64,000 nt of DNA. Origin: a virus. Positions 1 through 9,985 of the stretch are shown here, one piece after another (the stretch's first letter is position 1; each line of letters starts with the position of its first letter). The stretch is taken from the IMG/VR virus record IMGVR_UViG_3300042923_000253, positions 5,455 through 69,454 of that record. The stretch is one strand, 5' to 3'. The position numbers were made by a program, and so were the translations under genes. Under the pieces are notes generated by a model. It made no database searches and was not told the DNA's origin. It saw nothing but the letters and a program-made list of their open reading frames with translations.

Positions 1-83
1 ACACATCATTTGAGAAGCTATGGAAGAGTACAACCAGCAACAGTATTACCAATCTTAATAAATTATCTAAGGAGATGAGATAA
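1..83 (+). CDS. 3' end of upstream tail/baseplate gene (probably baseplate hub), partial
   Basis: Open frame from position 3 ends at TAA 81-83, overlapping the next ATG (TAATG). Product inferred from gene order only. Confidence 0.4.
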   Translation, partial: TSFEKLWKSTTSNSITNLNKLSKEMR

Positions 84-532
84 TGAAACAATTCGGCAGA
101 GAGGCTAGCAATATCCATAGTGAGCATAAGCGTGAGGGTTATATTGGACCAACTGCATCTACTGGCAATGGCGGTAAATCAATGAACGTTAACAACCTCA
201 ATAATTCGCAATTGCGTGGATTGTTGACTATGGCACCATATGGTATATCATCACGTGGTAAAGCTGGTATGAAAGCACAGGTGATCGTAAACGATAATAG
301 TAATAATGCTGCTGTTGGTATATATGATCCTAATAAGCCAGAGGTTGAGGTCGGAGAAATTGTGTTATACTCAACTGGTGGTTGTACGATATATCTTGAT
401 AAAGATGGAAATATAACAATGACATCTGGTAGTGCGAAGATTATTATGAATAAGGTGACTCATGGTATAGCAGTTTACGGAGATGTCAGTATAACTGGCA
501 CACTCAAAGTAAATGGTGTGTCTATCGGGTAA
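83..532 (+). CDS. Baseplate spike/assembly protein (Mu gp45/P2 gpV-like)
   Basis: PYG..S, GEIVLYS and a C-terminal beta-helix-like GDVSITGTLKVNG; lies upstream of gp25- and J-like genes. Confidence 0.75.
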   Translation: MKQFGREASNIHSEHKREGYIGPTASTGNGGKSMNVNNLNNSQLRGLLTMAPYGISSRGKAGMKAQVIVNDNSNNAAVGIYDPNKPEVEVGEIVLYSTGGCTIYLDKDGNITMTSGSAKIIMNKVTHGIAVYGDVSITGTLKVNGVSIG

Positions 533-587
533 CTTTAAATTATTGTACAGTTCCCTAACATTTTAGGTGGATAGGAGGTATAGACTT

Positions 588-959
588 ATGCGTGATATAA
601 TAATGATGAATGGTGATCTCGTTGTGACAGAATTTGGAGATATAGCTGTCATATTGTCGGATGATGATGATATCATACAGATGGCTAATAATAATATAGC
701 TACGAGATTAGGTGAGAACATATTCCACCCAGAGATCGGTAATGACGCGTATAATAAGAGGCTGAAGATTACACCATCAAATCTATCCGAAGTAGAATCA
801 GATTGTAAGGATGCAATATTATATGATACACGTGTTAGTGATGTAACGAATATCAAGGCATATGATGGCATCGGATATGGTGAATGTACAATAGGGTATA
901 CATTACTAACAACTGATGGGCATAGTATTGATGGTAGAATATCTATAAATCTATTTTAA
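588..959 (+). CDS. Baseplate wedge / sheath initiator (gpW/gp25-like)
   Basis: GDL, T.LGE..FHPE.G and D.RV motifs. AGGAGG RBS favours the ATG at 588 over the track start at 567. Confidence 0.75.
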   Translation: MRDIIMMNGDLVVTEFGDIAVILSDDDDIIQMANNNIATRLGENIFHPEIGNDAYNKRLKITPSNLSEVESDCKDAILYDTRVSDVTNIKAYDGIGYGECTIGYTLLTTDGHSIDGRISINLF

Positions 960-974
960 GTAAGGGGTGAGGAG

Positions 975-2099
975 ATGGCAACTGATTTATATAGTAAACT
1001 TGGAATGAAGGAATTCGACCAGATGATAGCTGATACATTACAGGCTATTGTCAATTCTGGTACTGGTATAACTAATACTAGTGCTGGTACAGTAATAAGG
1101 ACATTAGTAGAATCGATATTGGATAATAATGATATGTCTAACTACTATATATCATACGTATACGGTGCACTTGGTATTGATGATGCAGAGGGAGAAGATC
1201 TCGATAGGTTGATATCTATACTAGGATTAGCAAGATATAGTGCAACATATTCGACTGGTGTTGTCACGATGTATACTGGCGGTGAACCAGCACAATATGA
1301 TATACCAATACCGTATGGATCGATTGTTAGCACGAGACAAGATTCCAATGGGAATATAATAGAATTTACGGTATCAGATAGCGATGTAATATTGACCGCT
1401 GGTAATACCAGTGTTAATGTGAATATAATAGCTGTTGATGCTGGACATATCTATGTACCAGCTGGAGCATTATCAGTATTAAATTCATCTATTTCTGGGA
1501 TACAGTCTGTAGCAAATACTGCAGAAATAAATAGCGGTACTGATGTCGAAGATGATGAAACATTGAGGATTAGAACTAAAACGATGTCAAAATCATTCGG
1601 TAAGTGTACTGATAGTGCAATCAAATTTGCAGTTGAGGCAATAACTGGTGTTCTTAGCTGTACTATCATCGATATGATGAATGGGATAGGTACAACTGGC
1701 GTTATCGTGTCGACATCTATAGTACCTCCTCCAGCAGAATTGATTACGGAGATTACCAATATTGTAAAGCAGACTAAGGCATCTGGTATTGCAGCATTTA
1801 TAGTATATCCAACTATTAAGGGTATTGATCTCGATATCAATATCAGTGGTATTGAATTTAATGTCGATCTTGTTATTGAGACAATATCGAATTATGTTAA
1901 TAGTCTAGATATAGGACAATCATTCATAATATCTCAGAATGAACGTAAGATATTGAATGCACTCGACTCTAATTATGGAAATAATGATGATGTCGACATA
2001 ATTACGAATGTACCGACATCAAATCAAGTACCAGCATCTACGGAGATAATAAGAATAGATACATTAACTATCAATGGCACATTATATAGTATTAGTTAG
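975..2099 (+). CDS. Baseplate J-like protein
   Basis: AEGEDLD....GL.R, A..AG, G.D.E.DE.LR.R motifs; 374 aa; position. Confidence 0.9.
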   Translation: MATDLYSKLGMKEFDQMIADTLQAIVNSGTGITNTSAGTVIRTLVESILDNNDMSNYYISYVYGALGIDDAEGEDLDRLISILGLARYSATYSTGVVTMYTGGEPAQYDIPIPYGSIVSTRQDSNGNIIEFTVSDSDVILTAGNTSVNVNIIAVDAGHIYVPAGALSVLNSSISGIQSVANTAEINSGTDVEDDETLRIRTKTMSKSFGKCTDSAIKFAVEAITGVLSCTIIDMMNGIGTTGVIVSTSIVPPPAELITEITNIVKQTKASGIAAFIVYPTIKGIDLDINISGIEFNVDLVIETISNYVNSLDIGQSFIISQNERKILNALDSNYGNNDDVDIITNVPTSNQVPASTEIIRIDTLTINGTLYSIS

Positions 2100-2110
2100 G
2101 TGGTGATAAT

Positions 2111-3802
2111 ATGGCAATTAGCAGTTTAGATAATATACAATATAGGCTACCAGCATTCTATGACAAATACAATGAAGATTCTGTATTACATGGTGTGATA
2201 GGTGTATTTGCAGATGTAGATGATTCCAGAAATAGATTGATAGACCGTGTGAATAATGCTATAGGTATCGATACTACACACGATGAAGATCTACAATATA
2301 GATGGGGCAATCTACTATCAATCGACAAGAGATTTAATGAATCTTATGCAGCATATCGTAATAGGTTGAAGATGGCTTATCCGTCTCTGATAGGTGGTAC
2401 AGAAGATGCTATTATATATGCCATAGCATCAGCCATAGGTGTTACTGATAGCCAGAATCTAATAGATGGCTATATAGGAGTATATGATGCATGGGAAAAT
2501 TATAATGGCACAGTCGATGCTAAAACTGGCACTTCAATACAGTCATTGCTGTCACGTAATTCATTTGCACGTATAACGAAGATAGATGGTGCTAGTAGCC
2601 AAGTAGTTACGGTACAGGGCAAGAATTTATTTGACAAATTGAAAACGCAATATATTGGGCAAAGCGTTGCAATTTCAACTGGAAATCTATATGCAGATGC
2701 AACATCATTAACAACATATTACATCCCTATTTCCCCGTCAACAAGCTATATCTTTTCGCACCTTAAATGGGGAGCTATTTATGATGTTAACAAACAGTTT
2801 ATATCTGGCTTTGCAACGGTTAAATTTACAACTCCATCCAATGCTTATTTTGTAAGATACACAATGCTTTTAGCAAGCATAGATACTTTTCAACTTGAAC
2901 TCGGCTCAACAGCAACAGCTTACGCGCCATTTATCCCGAATAGTCCATCGCTAGATTATCAATCACCAATTATAACCGCTAATAATTTTAACATCACTGC
3001 AAGCAACGGAATAGATACAAACTCAATTAATATACCTTATACTATAGGTAGTTTACCGAATGGTACGAAGGATACTATTGAGGCTGTAGATGATGTACTT
3101 AATCATGTTAAAAAGACTAATGTGGCTATATTTGATGGAAGTACTGACGAGAATTGGGTTTTAGCGCAAACATTAACAAATACCTTAAGATTTACATGCA
3201 GTGCTGTTTTGAATGGCTGTGCGGACGTAAATACGCTTAGAATGATTTGTGATAAACTTATATGTACATTAGTGTCTGATCAAAACGATTATGAGCATAT
3301 TAGAAATGCTGCTACTGGTTCCCCAGATTTACTTGTCGTTTATATAAATAAGAGCAGATTAATCACACCCAATGTAACAGGATTACGCACATTGCTTGCA
3401 TCCAATCCATTAACTGTACAATATGAGCTAGCAACCCCAATCTACACCCCGATCACAGAATTAATCTTAGCATCATATAAAGGTATGACCAATATTACCA
3501 CAACAGCTAGTCCACAGGTGAGTATCAGTAGTCAATTTATGGATGATGTATATAGTGCGATACGTAATGTACCAACTAGTGATAGGACATATGGCAATAT
3601 ACTATGTACGATAGATCTAACAATCGGTCAGGATGCAATAGATATTGAGCAGAAGGTCATTGATGCTATCAATATAGTTAAGGCATCTGGCATTAAGCCG
3701 CATATATTATACATCGGTATAAAGGTAGTATCATATATCGATATGTCTAGGTTTAATTATTCTTCATTTAGTATAGTATCATATGATGAGTTGGTTAACT
3801 AA
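2111..3802 (+). CDS. Baseplate I-like wedge protein with a large internal beta-rich insertion
   Basis: N-terminal LP.FY, WG.LL.I.., ES...YR.RL, GGT..AI and C-terminal IN.VKASGI flank a module shared with the tail fibre. Confidence 0.65.
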   Translation: MAISSLDNIQYRLPAFYDKYNEDSVLHGVIGVFADVDDSRNRLIDRVNNAIGIDTTHDEDLQYRWGNLLSIDKRFNESYAAYRNRLKMAYPSLIGGTEDAIIYAIASAIGVTDSQNLIDGYIGVYDAWENYNGTVDAKTGTSIQSLLSRNSFARITKIDGASSQVVTVQGKNLFDKLKTQYIGQSVAISTGNLYADATSLTTYYIPISPSTSYIFSHLKWGAIYDVNKQFISGFATVKFTTPSNAYFVRYTMLLASIDTFQLELGSTATAYAPFIPNSPSLDYQSPIITANNFNITASNGIDTNSINIPYTIGSLPNGTKDTIEAVDDVLNHVKKTNVAIFDGSTDENWVLAQTLTNTLRFTCSAVLNGCADVNTLRMICDKLICTLVSDQNDYEHIRNAATGSPDLLVVYINKSRLITPNVTGLRTLLASNPLTVQYELATPIYTPITELILASYKGMTNITTTASPQVSISSQFMDDVYSAIRNVPTSDRTYGNILCTIDLTIGQDAIDIEQKVIDAINIVKASGIKPHILYIGIKVVSYIDMSRFNYSSFSIVSYDELVN

Positions 3803-3853
3803 CTGTGTTCGATACTGCTCTAAAATTTAAAATAGATAAGGAGGTATATAATA

Positions 3854-6800
3854 ATGGCACATAGTAAAACACAATACGCTCAGTTAAATAAGCCAGATTC
3901 ATTGACTTTAAAGGTTGATCCACAGAAGATGTTTATAGATAATATCAACCAGCAAGAGGCTAATTATCTTAGACTTATCAAGATGATCGATGCATCAGTT
4001 GGTAGTATTAGTGCATTGAGGGCTATATCTACATCAGACACAGTTAGATATGTCGATGGATTGATGATATTAGTGCGTGGTATTGGTATATACCATTTTG
4101 ATGCAGATGCAGTTACAGATGATGATGGTATCAATGTCATAGCACCTACTACTGGTGCTGGTAGATGGTTTGCTATAAATGGTGATATATTGAATAATAT
4201 GAACAGTCTTGATGGTAGGATTAATTCATTAGAAGCTAAGAATATTGCTTCTGGAATAACCTTATCACAGCATAAATCAATTTTTACATCAGGAACTGGT
4301 AAAGATAATCTCAATGTAGACAAAGATTATTCTGATGAAGTTCTAGGACAGAGTACTATTAAGATTGAGGGTAGCACTGCTGTAAACCTTGTAAAGAATG
4401 GTGATTTTAGTAATGGTAGTACTGGATGGACATGGACGCCAACATCAGGTGGAGTGGTTTCAAATAATGAAGCTAAAATAACTCCCACTGTTCAATATGA
4501 TATGTTTTATACATATTTAAAATTTATTGCTAATCATGTTTATTACTTTACAGCAGATATCTATGGAGATGGTTATACAGAATTACTTATGAGTGACAAT
4601 GTTAATTTTACTCAACTTGCGGCTCATAGTCCTGTATTAAGATATGAAAAAATAACAATATATCATAAGCCATTAGTAGTAAATAATTCAAATAATTCAT
4701 TAGGATTTAGGTCGGTGGCAACTAGTGGTTGGATTGAAATTAAAGCGAAAAACTTCATGTTTATTGACCTTACAGCATTATTCGGCGCAGGAAATGAACC
4801 AACAAAAGAACAATGTGACTTCATGTATGACCATTATATCAATGGATTGCAAGGTGTAGGTAGTAGTAAAATTGTAAGTAGGGGAAGTAAAAATTTATTT
4901 GATGGGATTATAGAAAGTGGCACTATAGATATTGGTACTGGAATAGACATAGTGGATATAAATGTTAAAAGAACTAAGAATTATACATTTGTTAATGAAA
5001 ATACTAATTATATTAGTAAGGCATATCCTTCAAGTGATGCTGTTAGGGTATATTATTATGATGTAAATAAGATATTTATTTCTACCATTTATGTGATGTC
5101 TGATACTTTAGCATTTACAACACCAACTAATTGTAGATATGTAAGATTTTCATTTCGTTCAACTACAGAATATTTTCAACTTGAAGAGGGTTCAGTAGCT
5201 ACAGAATATGAACCTTATCAATCCTCTGAATTAGTAACTACAATGCCAACAGGAACACAACTGCATAGATTGCCAAATGGGGTATATGACAGTATTGAAG
5301 AAGTAAACTCTATTAGGACATTGTTTAAGAAGACAAAAGAATACACATTAGTAGCAAGTGATATAACACAATTAGACACCACTTTAGCAAATGTCGATAG
5401 AATTTATATTTTAATTTCATCCTTGACTGGTCTTAAAGATAGTGGTGTTGCTGATGCAATAGGAACTAAGTTTATTACTAGTATATCATGTCCTAGAAAT
5501 GGTGGACTTGATGTAGATATGAAAGCAGGAACTCACTACGCTACAGACGTAGTATTTATATTTAATGTATCAAAAGGTGCTTATGCCAATTTAGCCGCGG
5601 CTCAGACAGCATTAGCTGGAACTAAGATTGTATATGAATTAACAGTCCCATTAATGTTTACAGATGGAGTTATGGTGTTAAAGCAAGAGGGTAACCTAGA
5701 AGTATATGAAGATGGTACCATCTATCAAGAGTCTTCTATCAATCCAAAAGAATATAACAATGCCAAGTTACACATTACCTATAATCTTTCTGATAAGGCG
5801 ATTGAGATGTCTAATAGTGAGAGTATAACTGATATTAATAAGAGAATTATTGGAAGATTGAAGAACTCTTATTTAGTCGAAGAGAGTGGAAATTTTTCTA
5901 ATTCGGAAGGCTCTTACACAAAAGCACTTGGTCAATCTGCGCATGCCGAAGGTGATGGTTCGAAAGCATATAGTCTGTATTCTCATGCTGAGGGTCAAAA
6001 TACTCAAGCAGGTGGAAGTCCTACTGACCCAAACATTGGTATACGTGCCCATGCAGAGGGTCAATTCTCAGAGGCATCAGGAAATAACTCTCATGCTGAA
6101 TGTACAGAGACAATAGCATCAGGAGATAGTTCTCATGCTGAAGGTATGCTAACTCTCGCAAGTGGAGATAATTCTCATGCAGAAGGTAGTAATACTATAG
6201 CAGAGGGAACATCATCCCATGCAGAGGGTGCCAGTAGTTGGGCGAATGGGGACTATTCACACGCAGAGGGTCAAAATACAATTGCTAATGGTAATTATTC
6301 ACATGCAGAGGGAAAAGATACTAGAACAGATAATTGGTATGCTCACGCAGAAGGATTTAATACAATTGCAAGCGGTGTAACTGCACACGGCGAAGGTGAT
6401 AGTACGCTCGCGGCGGGTGCAAGTTCACACGCCGAAGGTCAAAGTACAAAGGCGAATGCTTTACGTTCACACGCTGGTGGATTAGGCACTATTGCAGACG
6501 GCAATGAGCAATTTGTAGGGGGTAGATATAACTCGCCTAATGGGTCTGACCTATTCCAAATAGGTAATGGCTCTTCTGATGCTAATAGAAGTAATGCAAT
6601 GAGAGTAACTGCTGATGGCTCTATGATATTAAGTGGTGGAATTACCCCAAATGATACTTTAGGCGCATTAACCTCCACAAAAGGAACCATAGTCGGTGGG
6701 TATATTAAACGGGGGATAGAGGTTGTTTTTAGTGTAAAGCTTACCCTTACTGCATCCATAGCCATAAATGATGTTATAGTTTCTGGATTTCCTGCAATTG

Positions 6801-6952
6801 TATCAGAATATTCAGCATTTAGAGGATGTGCGCCATTTCTAGGAACATACTTTGATGCAATCATTAGTGAGAACGGGTCGTTAATCACTGGTGGAGCATA
6901 TAATAATGGACAAATATTATATATATCTGGTGTATTTATATCAGCATCTTAA
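3854..6952 (+). CDS. Tail fibre / receptor-binding protein with carbohydrate-binding-like modules and YadA-head-like repeats
   Basis: DDG..VI....GRW head, NLVKNGDF, KNLFD...QLEEGS.AT.YEPY, many SHAEG repeats. Confidence 0.85.
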   Translation: MAHSKTQYAQLNKPDSLTLKVDPQKMFIDNINQQEANYLRLIKMIDASVGSISALRAISTSDTVRYVDGLMILVRGIGIYHFDADAVTDDDGINVIAPTTGAGRWFAINGDILNNMNSLDGRINSLEAKNIASGITLSQHKSIFTSGTGKDNLNVDKDYSDEVLGQSTIKIEGSTAVNLVKNGDFSNGSTGWTWTPTSGGVVSNNEAKITPTVQYDMFYTYLKFIANHVYYFTADIYGDGYTELLMSDNVNFTQLAAHSPVLRYEKITIYHKPLVVNNSNNSLGFRSVATSGWIEIKAKNFMFIDLTALFGAGNEPTKEQCDFMYDHYINGLQGVGSSKIVSRGSKNLFDGIIESGTIDIGTGIDIVDINVKRTKNYTFVNENTNYISKAYPSSDAVRVYYYDVNKIFISTIYVMSDTLAFTTPTNCRYVRFSFRSTTEYFQLEEGSVATEYEPYQSSELVTTMPTGTQLHRLPNGVYDSIEEVNSIRTLFKKTKEYTLVASDITQLDTTLANVDRIYILISSLTGLKDSGVADAIGTKFITSISCPRNGGLDVDMKAGTHYATDVVFIFNVSKGAYANLAAAQTALAGTKIVYELTVPLMFTDGVMVLKQEGNLEVYEDGTIYQESSINPKEYNNAKLHITYNLSDKAIEMSNSESITDINKRIIGRLKNSYLVEESGNFSNSEGSYTKALGQSAHAEGDGSKAYSLYSHAEGQNTQAGGSPTDPNIGIRAHAEGQFSEASGNNSHAECTETIASGDSSHAEGMLTLASGDNSHAEGSNTIAEGTSSHAEGASSWANGDYSHAEGQNTIANGNYSHAEGKDTRTDNWYAHAEGFNTIASGVTAHGEGDSTLAAGASSHAEGQSTKANALRSHAGGLGTIADGNEQFVGGRYNSPNGSDLFQIGNGSSDANRSNAMRVTADGSMILSGGITPNDTLGALTSTKGTIVGGYIKRGIEVVFSVKLTLTASIAINDVIVSGFPAIVSEYSAFRGCAPFLGTYFDAIISENGSLITGGAYNNGQILYISGVFISAS
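5923..6500 (+). repeat. Coding tandem repeat, 14-aa period (S/A-HAEG-x-x-T-x-A-x-G), YadA/Hep-Hag-like
   Basis: About a dozen SHAEG/AHAEG units in the translation; catgcagaagg/catgctgaagg repeated in the DNA. Confidence 0.9.
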
Positions 6953-6973
6953 TAAAATAAAGGAGGAATTAAA

Positions 6974-7351
6974 ATGAGTAGAATAGTATTAAAAACAGCA
7001 GAAGAGTTTCAAGTCTCTTCTGTATTTATGCAAGCAGAAAATCAGCTTTGTATCTCATTCACAGGCATTACAAATTATGATGAGTTAAGAGCAAAATTGA
7101 CAGTTCAAGCTATGAAAGAGGTTAAGGTATATTCGACCGAGACTGATTTCTTGGTGTATGAGGATTATACAAAATTCGTTGACCCATCCAAGATATTCAA
7201 AATAGCAGATGGTACATATGAAGTCTTGGCAGTCTTCGAGAAAGAGGACGAAATGAGTCAGAGAATGAGAACAGCAGAAGAAAACATTCAAACGTTATTT
7301 GATGGATTTAATTTCTTAATGACAGAAGTTATTCCATCATTGATGGTATAG
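6974..7351 (+). CDS. Putative tail fibre assembly/chaperone protein
   Basis: AGGAGG RBS; small acidic protein directly after the fibre gene. Confidence 0.5.
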   Translation: MSRIVLKTAEEFQVSSVFMQAENQLCISFTGITNYDELRAKLTVQAMKEVKVYSTETDFLVYEDYTKFVDPSKIFKIADGTYEVLAVFEKEDEMSQRMRTAEENIQTLFDGFNFLMTEVIPSLMV

Positions 7352-7365
7352 AAAGGAGAAAGGAG

Positions 7366-7548
7366 ATGATAGACATGGCACTTTATATTGCAAAAGCAGT
7401 AATTAATGCAGAGAAACAAAATGTTGGTGGTGGAGCAGTCTTATACAGAGCATATTTCATAAAGATTGACACATGGGATGCATACCAAGCAGATACAAAT
7501 GCAATTCTACTGACCGAAGGTTACGGTCAATGTATCGTAACAGCTTAA
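7366..7548 (+). CDS. Small protein typical of the post-fibre position (XkdX-like position)
   Basis: RBS AAGGAG; MA.YIA..I.....Y...F......Y...(D)AIL..EG pattern. Confidence 0.5.
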   Translation: MIDMALYIAKAVINAEKQNVGGGAVLYRAYFIKIDTWDAYQADTNAILLTEGYGQCIVTA

Positions 7549-7686
7549 TAATTAACAGCATCGATAGTGATTAGTGAGGTGGGAGACCACCTCACCGCTG
7601 TATCATTGTCCGCTGGTAAAAGTTGCCAGCTTTATGCATTCCACTAACATGTTAGTAAATAAAAATGTGGTGGGAGGTATTGATAG

Positions 7687-7977
7687 ATGAATGAGAACAG
7701 TAGAATCTGTGAGGAGAGGCACCGAAATCTTGAAGAGAAGATAGAAATACATGATAAGAGGCTTAATACTCACGGTGAGAAATTAGACAAACTTGAGAAT
7801 AGTCAGATTCGTACGGAGGTTGTCGTTGAGAATTTATGCAAGGAGATAGAATCACTTGTCGTTGCAATAAAGGAGAGTAATAGTAAGACTACCAATATAT
7901 TACTTGGTGTTAGCGGATTCATTATTACAATCCTTGTCGGGTTCTTTATCTGGTATGTGCAGACAATACCGAGATAG
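7687..7977 (+). CDS. XhlA-like haemolysin/holin accessory protein
   Basis: Coiled coil HDKRL..H..LDKLE and a C-terminal TM helix ending GFFIWYVQ. Confidence 0.8.
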   Translation: MNENSRICEERHRNLEEKIEIHDKRLNTHGEKLDKLENSQIRTEVVVENLCKEIESLVVAIKESNSKTTNILLGVSGFIITILVGFFIWYVQTIPR

Positions 7978-7986
7978 GAGTGAGTC

Positions 7987-8229
7987 ATGTTCAAATCCAA
8001 AGGTGTGTTTCTTAAATTATTACTGCTACATAATTTATTATTTATGGACTTATTATTCTTCTGCTGTCTTCTATTATTATGGAGACAAGGAGAATTGCCG
8101 AACACACTCATTAAGTATGCAGCCATATTCTATGGTGGTGAAGGTATATTGAGTGCAGGTATCAAGATCTCGAAGATTGTTAAGGATAAAGGGAAAGGAG
8201 GTAATAGGAATGACGACACGAAAGATTGA
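7987..8229 (+). CDS. Small two-TM membrane protein (holin-like)
   Basis: Two hydrophobic segments, P.TLI...F...GGE, basic tail; inside the lysis cassette. Confidence 0.55.
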   Translation: MFKSKGVFLKLLLLHNLLFMDLLFFCCLLLLWRQGELPNTLIKYAAIFYGGEGILSAGIKISKIVKDKGKGGNRNDDTKD

Positions 8230-8533
8230 TTGGAAACAAAAATTATCGAGCAGGAAATTCTGGGCATTTATTGTCGGCATCATATTGGCATCGGTTGTAT
8301 TCTTTTTCGGCAGTGACTTGACTACTATGCAAGTAGAATTGATCGAGAAGGCTATTTATATAATCATCGCCTATATATTCGGTGAGAGTGCTGTTGATTT
8401 TGCCAGAGTAATCAAGAATGCTGATACGAATAGTGACGGTAAGTTAACCCACAATGAGATCATTGTAGCTGTTGCGCAGTATTTAGCGACACTAGTTGAA
8501 CAGATCTCTGATAAGGATAAAGGTGATGAATAA
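8210..8533 (+). CDS. Holin
   Basis: IDWKQKLSSRKFW...IAYIFGES..D motif. AAGGAGG RBS favours the ATG at 8210. Confidence 0.8.
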   Translation: MTTRKIDWKQKLSSRKFWAFIVGIILASVVFFFGSDLTTMQVELIEKAIYIIIAYIFGESAVDFARVIKNADTNSDGKLTHNEIIVAVAQYLATLVEQISDKDKGDE

Positions 8534-9309
8534 TGGGTATTAAAATTGGGCATGCATCGATAGACGAGAACGGTAAGATTGCTGGTGGTAAAGTCGGTGA
8601 TCAAACAACAAAGGAAATCTGTACACGGATATGGTACGATAAAGACTGGGATTATTACATTGAATGTACCGACACAATAATTGCTAATAAAGCCTCGATA
8701 TTTGTAGAACAGGTATGTGCAAATCCGAACTACGGATACGATCAATCAGATAGGTTGACTGGATATGTGAATATTGTTAAGAATGGTGGCAAGGTATATG
8801 GTGCCAAGGGTGAATTTGATTGCTCGTCATTGATAGCCGCTGCCTATATTCTTGCTGGATTGAAATTATCACCTTCATGTACCACCAGAGATATCAGAAG
8901 AGCACTATTTGCAACAGATAAATTTAAGGTCTACTCGGAAGCAAGATATCTTACTAGTGATAGATATGCTAAGCGTGGAGGCATCTATCTTAAAGAAGGA
9001 TCCCATATAGTAATGGCATTAGAAAATGGTGCATCCAACCCTTATCCACAGCCTACAAGAACTATCTATTATGACAATGAAGATAGGAAGGTTGTCTGTG
9101 ATGGTGATGATGTAAAATTCGTACAGTTCGAATTGCGTGAGGCTGGTATAACGATAGTGACCATTAATGGAGTTAAGAAAGAACTCAAGATTGATGGTAG
9201 CTGTGGACAGATAACTGATGCTGGTATAAGACGATATCAGACGATACGCAGATTAGTGGTAGATGGTAAATGCGGTCCGAAGACGATTGCAGACATGATA
9301 AATAGGTAG
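8533..9309 (+). CDS. Endolysin: NlpC/P60-like catalytic domain plus peptidoglycan-binding domain
   Basis: GYDQ..R, DCSSL (Cys), GSH (His); C-terminal DG..G..T...I..YQ....L.VDG..G..T. Confidence 0.85.
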   Translation: MGIKIGHASIDENGKIAGGKVGDQTTKEICTRIWYDKDWDYYIECTDTIIANKASIFVEQVCANPNYGYDQSDRLTGYVNIVKNGGKVYGAKGEFDCSSLIAAAYILAGLKLSPSCTTRDIRRALFATDKFKVYSEARYLTSDRYAKRGGIYLKEGSHIVMALENGASNPYPQPTRTIYYDNEDRKVVCDGDDVKFVQFELREAGITIVTINGVKKELKIDGSCGQITDAGIRRYQTIRRLVVDGKCGPKTIADMINR

Positions 9310-9454
9310 ATACTCAACAATTGCGAACCGACTTTGAAGAAGCGAAGCCGAGCGATCACCGCAAGCGATTGCGTCGAGTTGACTCGCAATAGCAGAGAAA
9401 AAGCGGAAGACCGCTTCCGATTGACGAGCCGAGAGCGGACGAGAACAGAGAGAA

Positions 9455-9479
9455 AGGCTGGGACTTTATCGCCCAGCCT
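9455..9479. terminator. Hairpin at the convergence of late (+) and replication (-) transcription
   Basis: AGGCTGGG-N9-CCCAGCCT; same stem as 12704-12727. Confidence 0.7.
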
Positions 9480-9503
9480 AAATCTTTGTCTGAACTTATT
9501 CTG

Positions 9504-9698
9504 TTATGCTATCGCACCATTCATTGCTAACTTCATCATTGCCGATTGAAGATTAACATGTTGTGCAGATGCTTGCGCTACTAAATTCATGTCAACAAGT
9601 TCTTCCATTACAGCACCCTTAACATTTGCCACAATAACATCACCCATCTGTCTGCAAGCTACCATCATTGCATCTTTCTCGCCTTGTGTAAATTCCAC
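9504..9698 (-). CDS. Hypothetical protein
   Basis: GGAGG RBS before GTG; co-oriented with neighbours. Confidence 0.55.
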   Translation of the reverse strand: MEFTQGEKDAMMVACRQMGDVIVANVKGAVMEELVDMNLVAQASAQHVNLQSAMMKLAMNGAIA

Positions 9699-9880
9699 GA
9701 TTTTACCTCCTCCCTAATTGATCTAGCAAATCTTCTAAACCATGTATTCTTCTTATAAAATCTGCATTTCTTTATACCAGTATGGTGACATTGTGATAGG
9801 ATATCAATGCCTATCGCATAGTTGCATGCACCACATCCTCCATTGATACACGATTTGCATATACAGTCTTTATCACACAT
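9665..9880 (-). CDS. Cys-rich hypothetical protein
   Basis: Multiple CxxC pairs; coupled to neighbours. Confidence 0.5.
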   Translation of the reverse strand: MCDKDCICKSCINGGCGACNYAIGIDILSQCHHTGIKKCRFYKKNTWFRRFARSIREEVKSWNLHKARKMQ

Positions 9881-9985
9881 TTATTTCTTCCTACCATTTC
9901 TCTCACTCCTGTCTAGCATTACACTCATAATTATGAGTAATACTATCCATTGTGCAAGTTCATTATATATCAATACTAGATCCAT
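9881..9985 (-). CDS. 34-aa membrane peptide (not in ORF track)
   Basis: MDLVLIYNELAQWIVLLIIMSVMLDRSERNGRKK; ATG overlaps the ligase stop. Confidence 0.4.
   Translation of the reverse strand: MDLVLIYNELAQWIVLLIIMSVMLDRSERNGRKK

Noticed and set aside
5923-6500. CRISPR array or DGR repeat
   Set aside because: 42-nt periodic, in-frame, degenerate coding repeats; no cas genes or reverse transcriptase.
9334-9549. 71-aa plus-strand ORF after the endolysin
   Set aside because: TTG start without RBS; runs through the terminator and into an opposite-strand gene.
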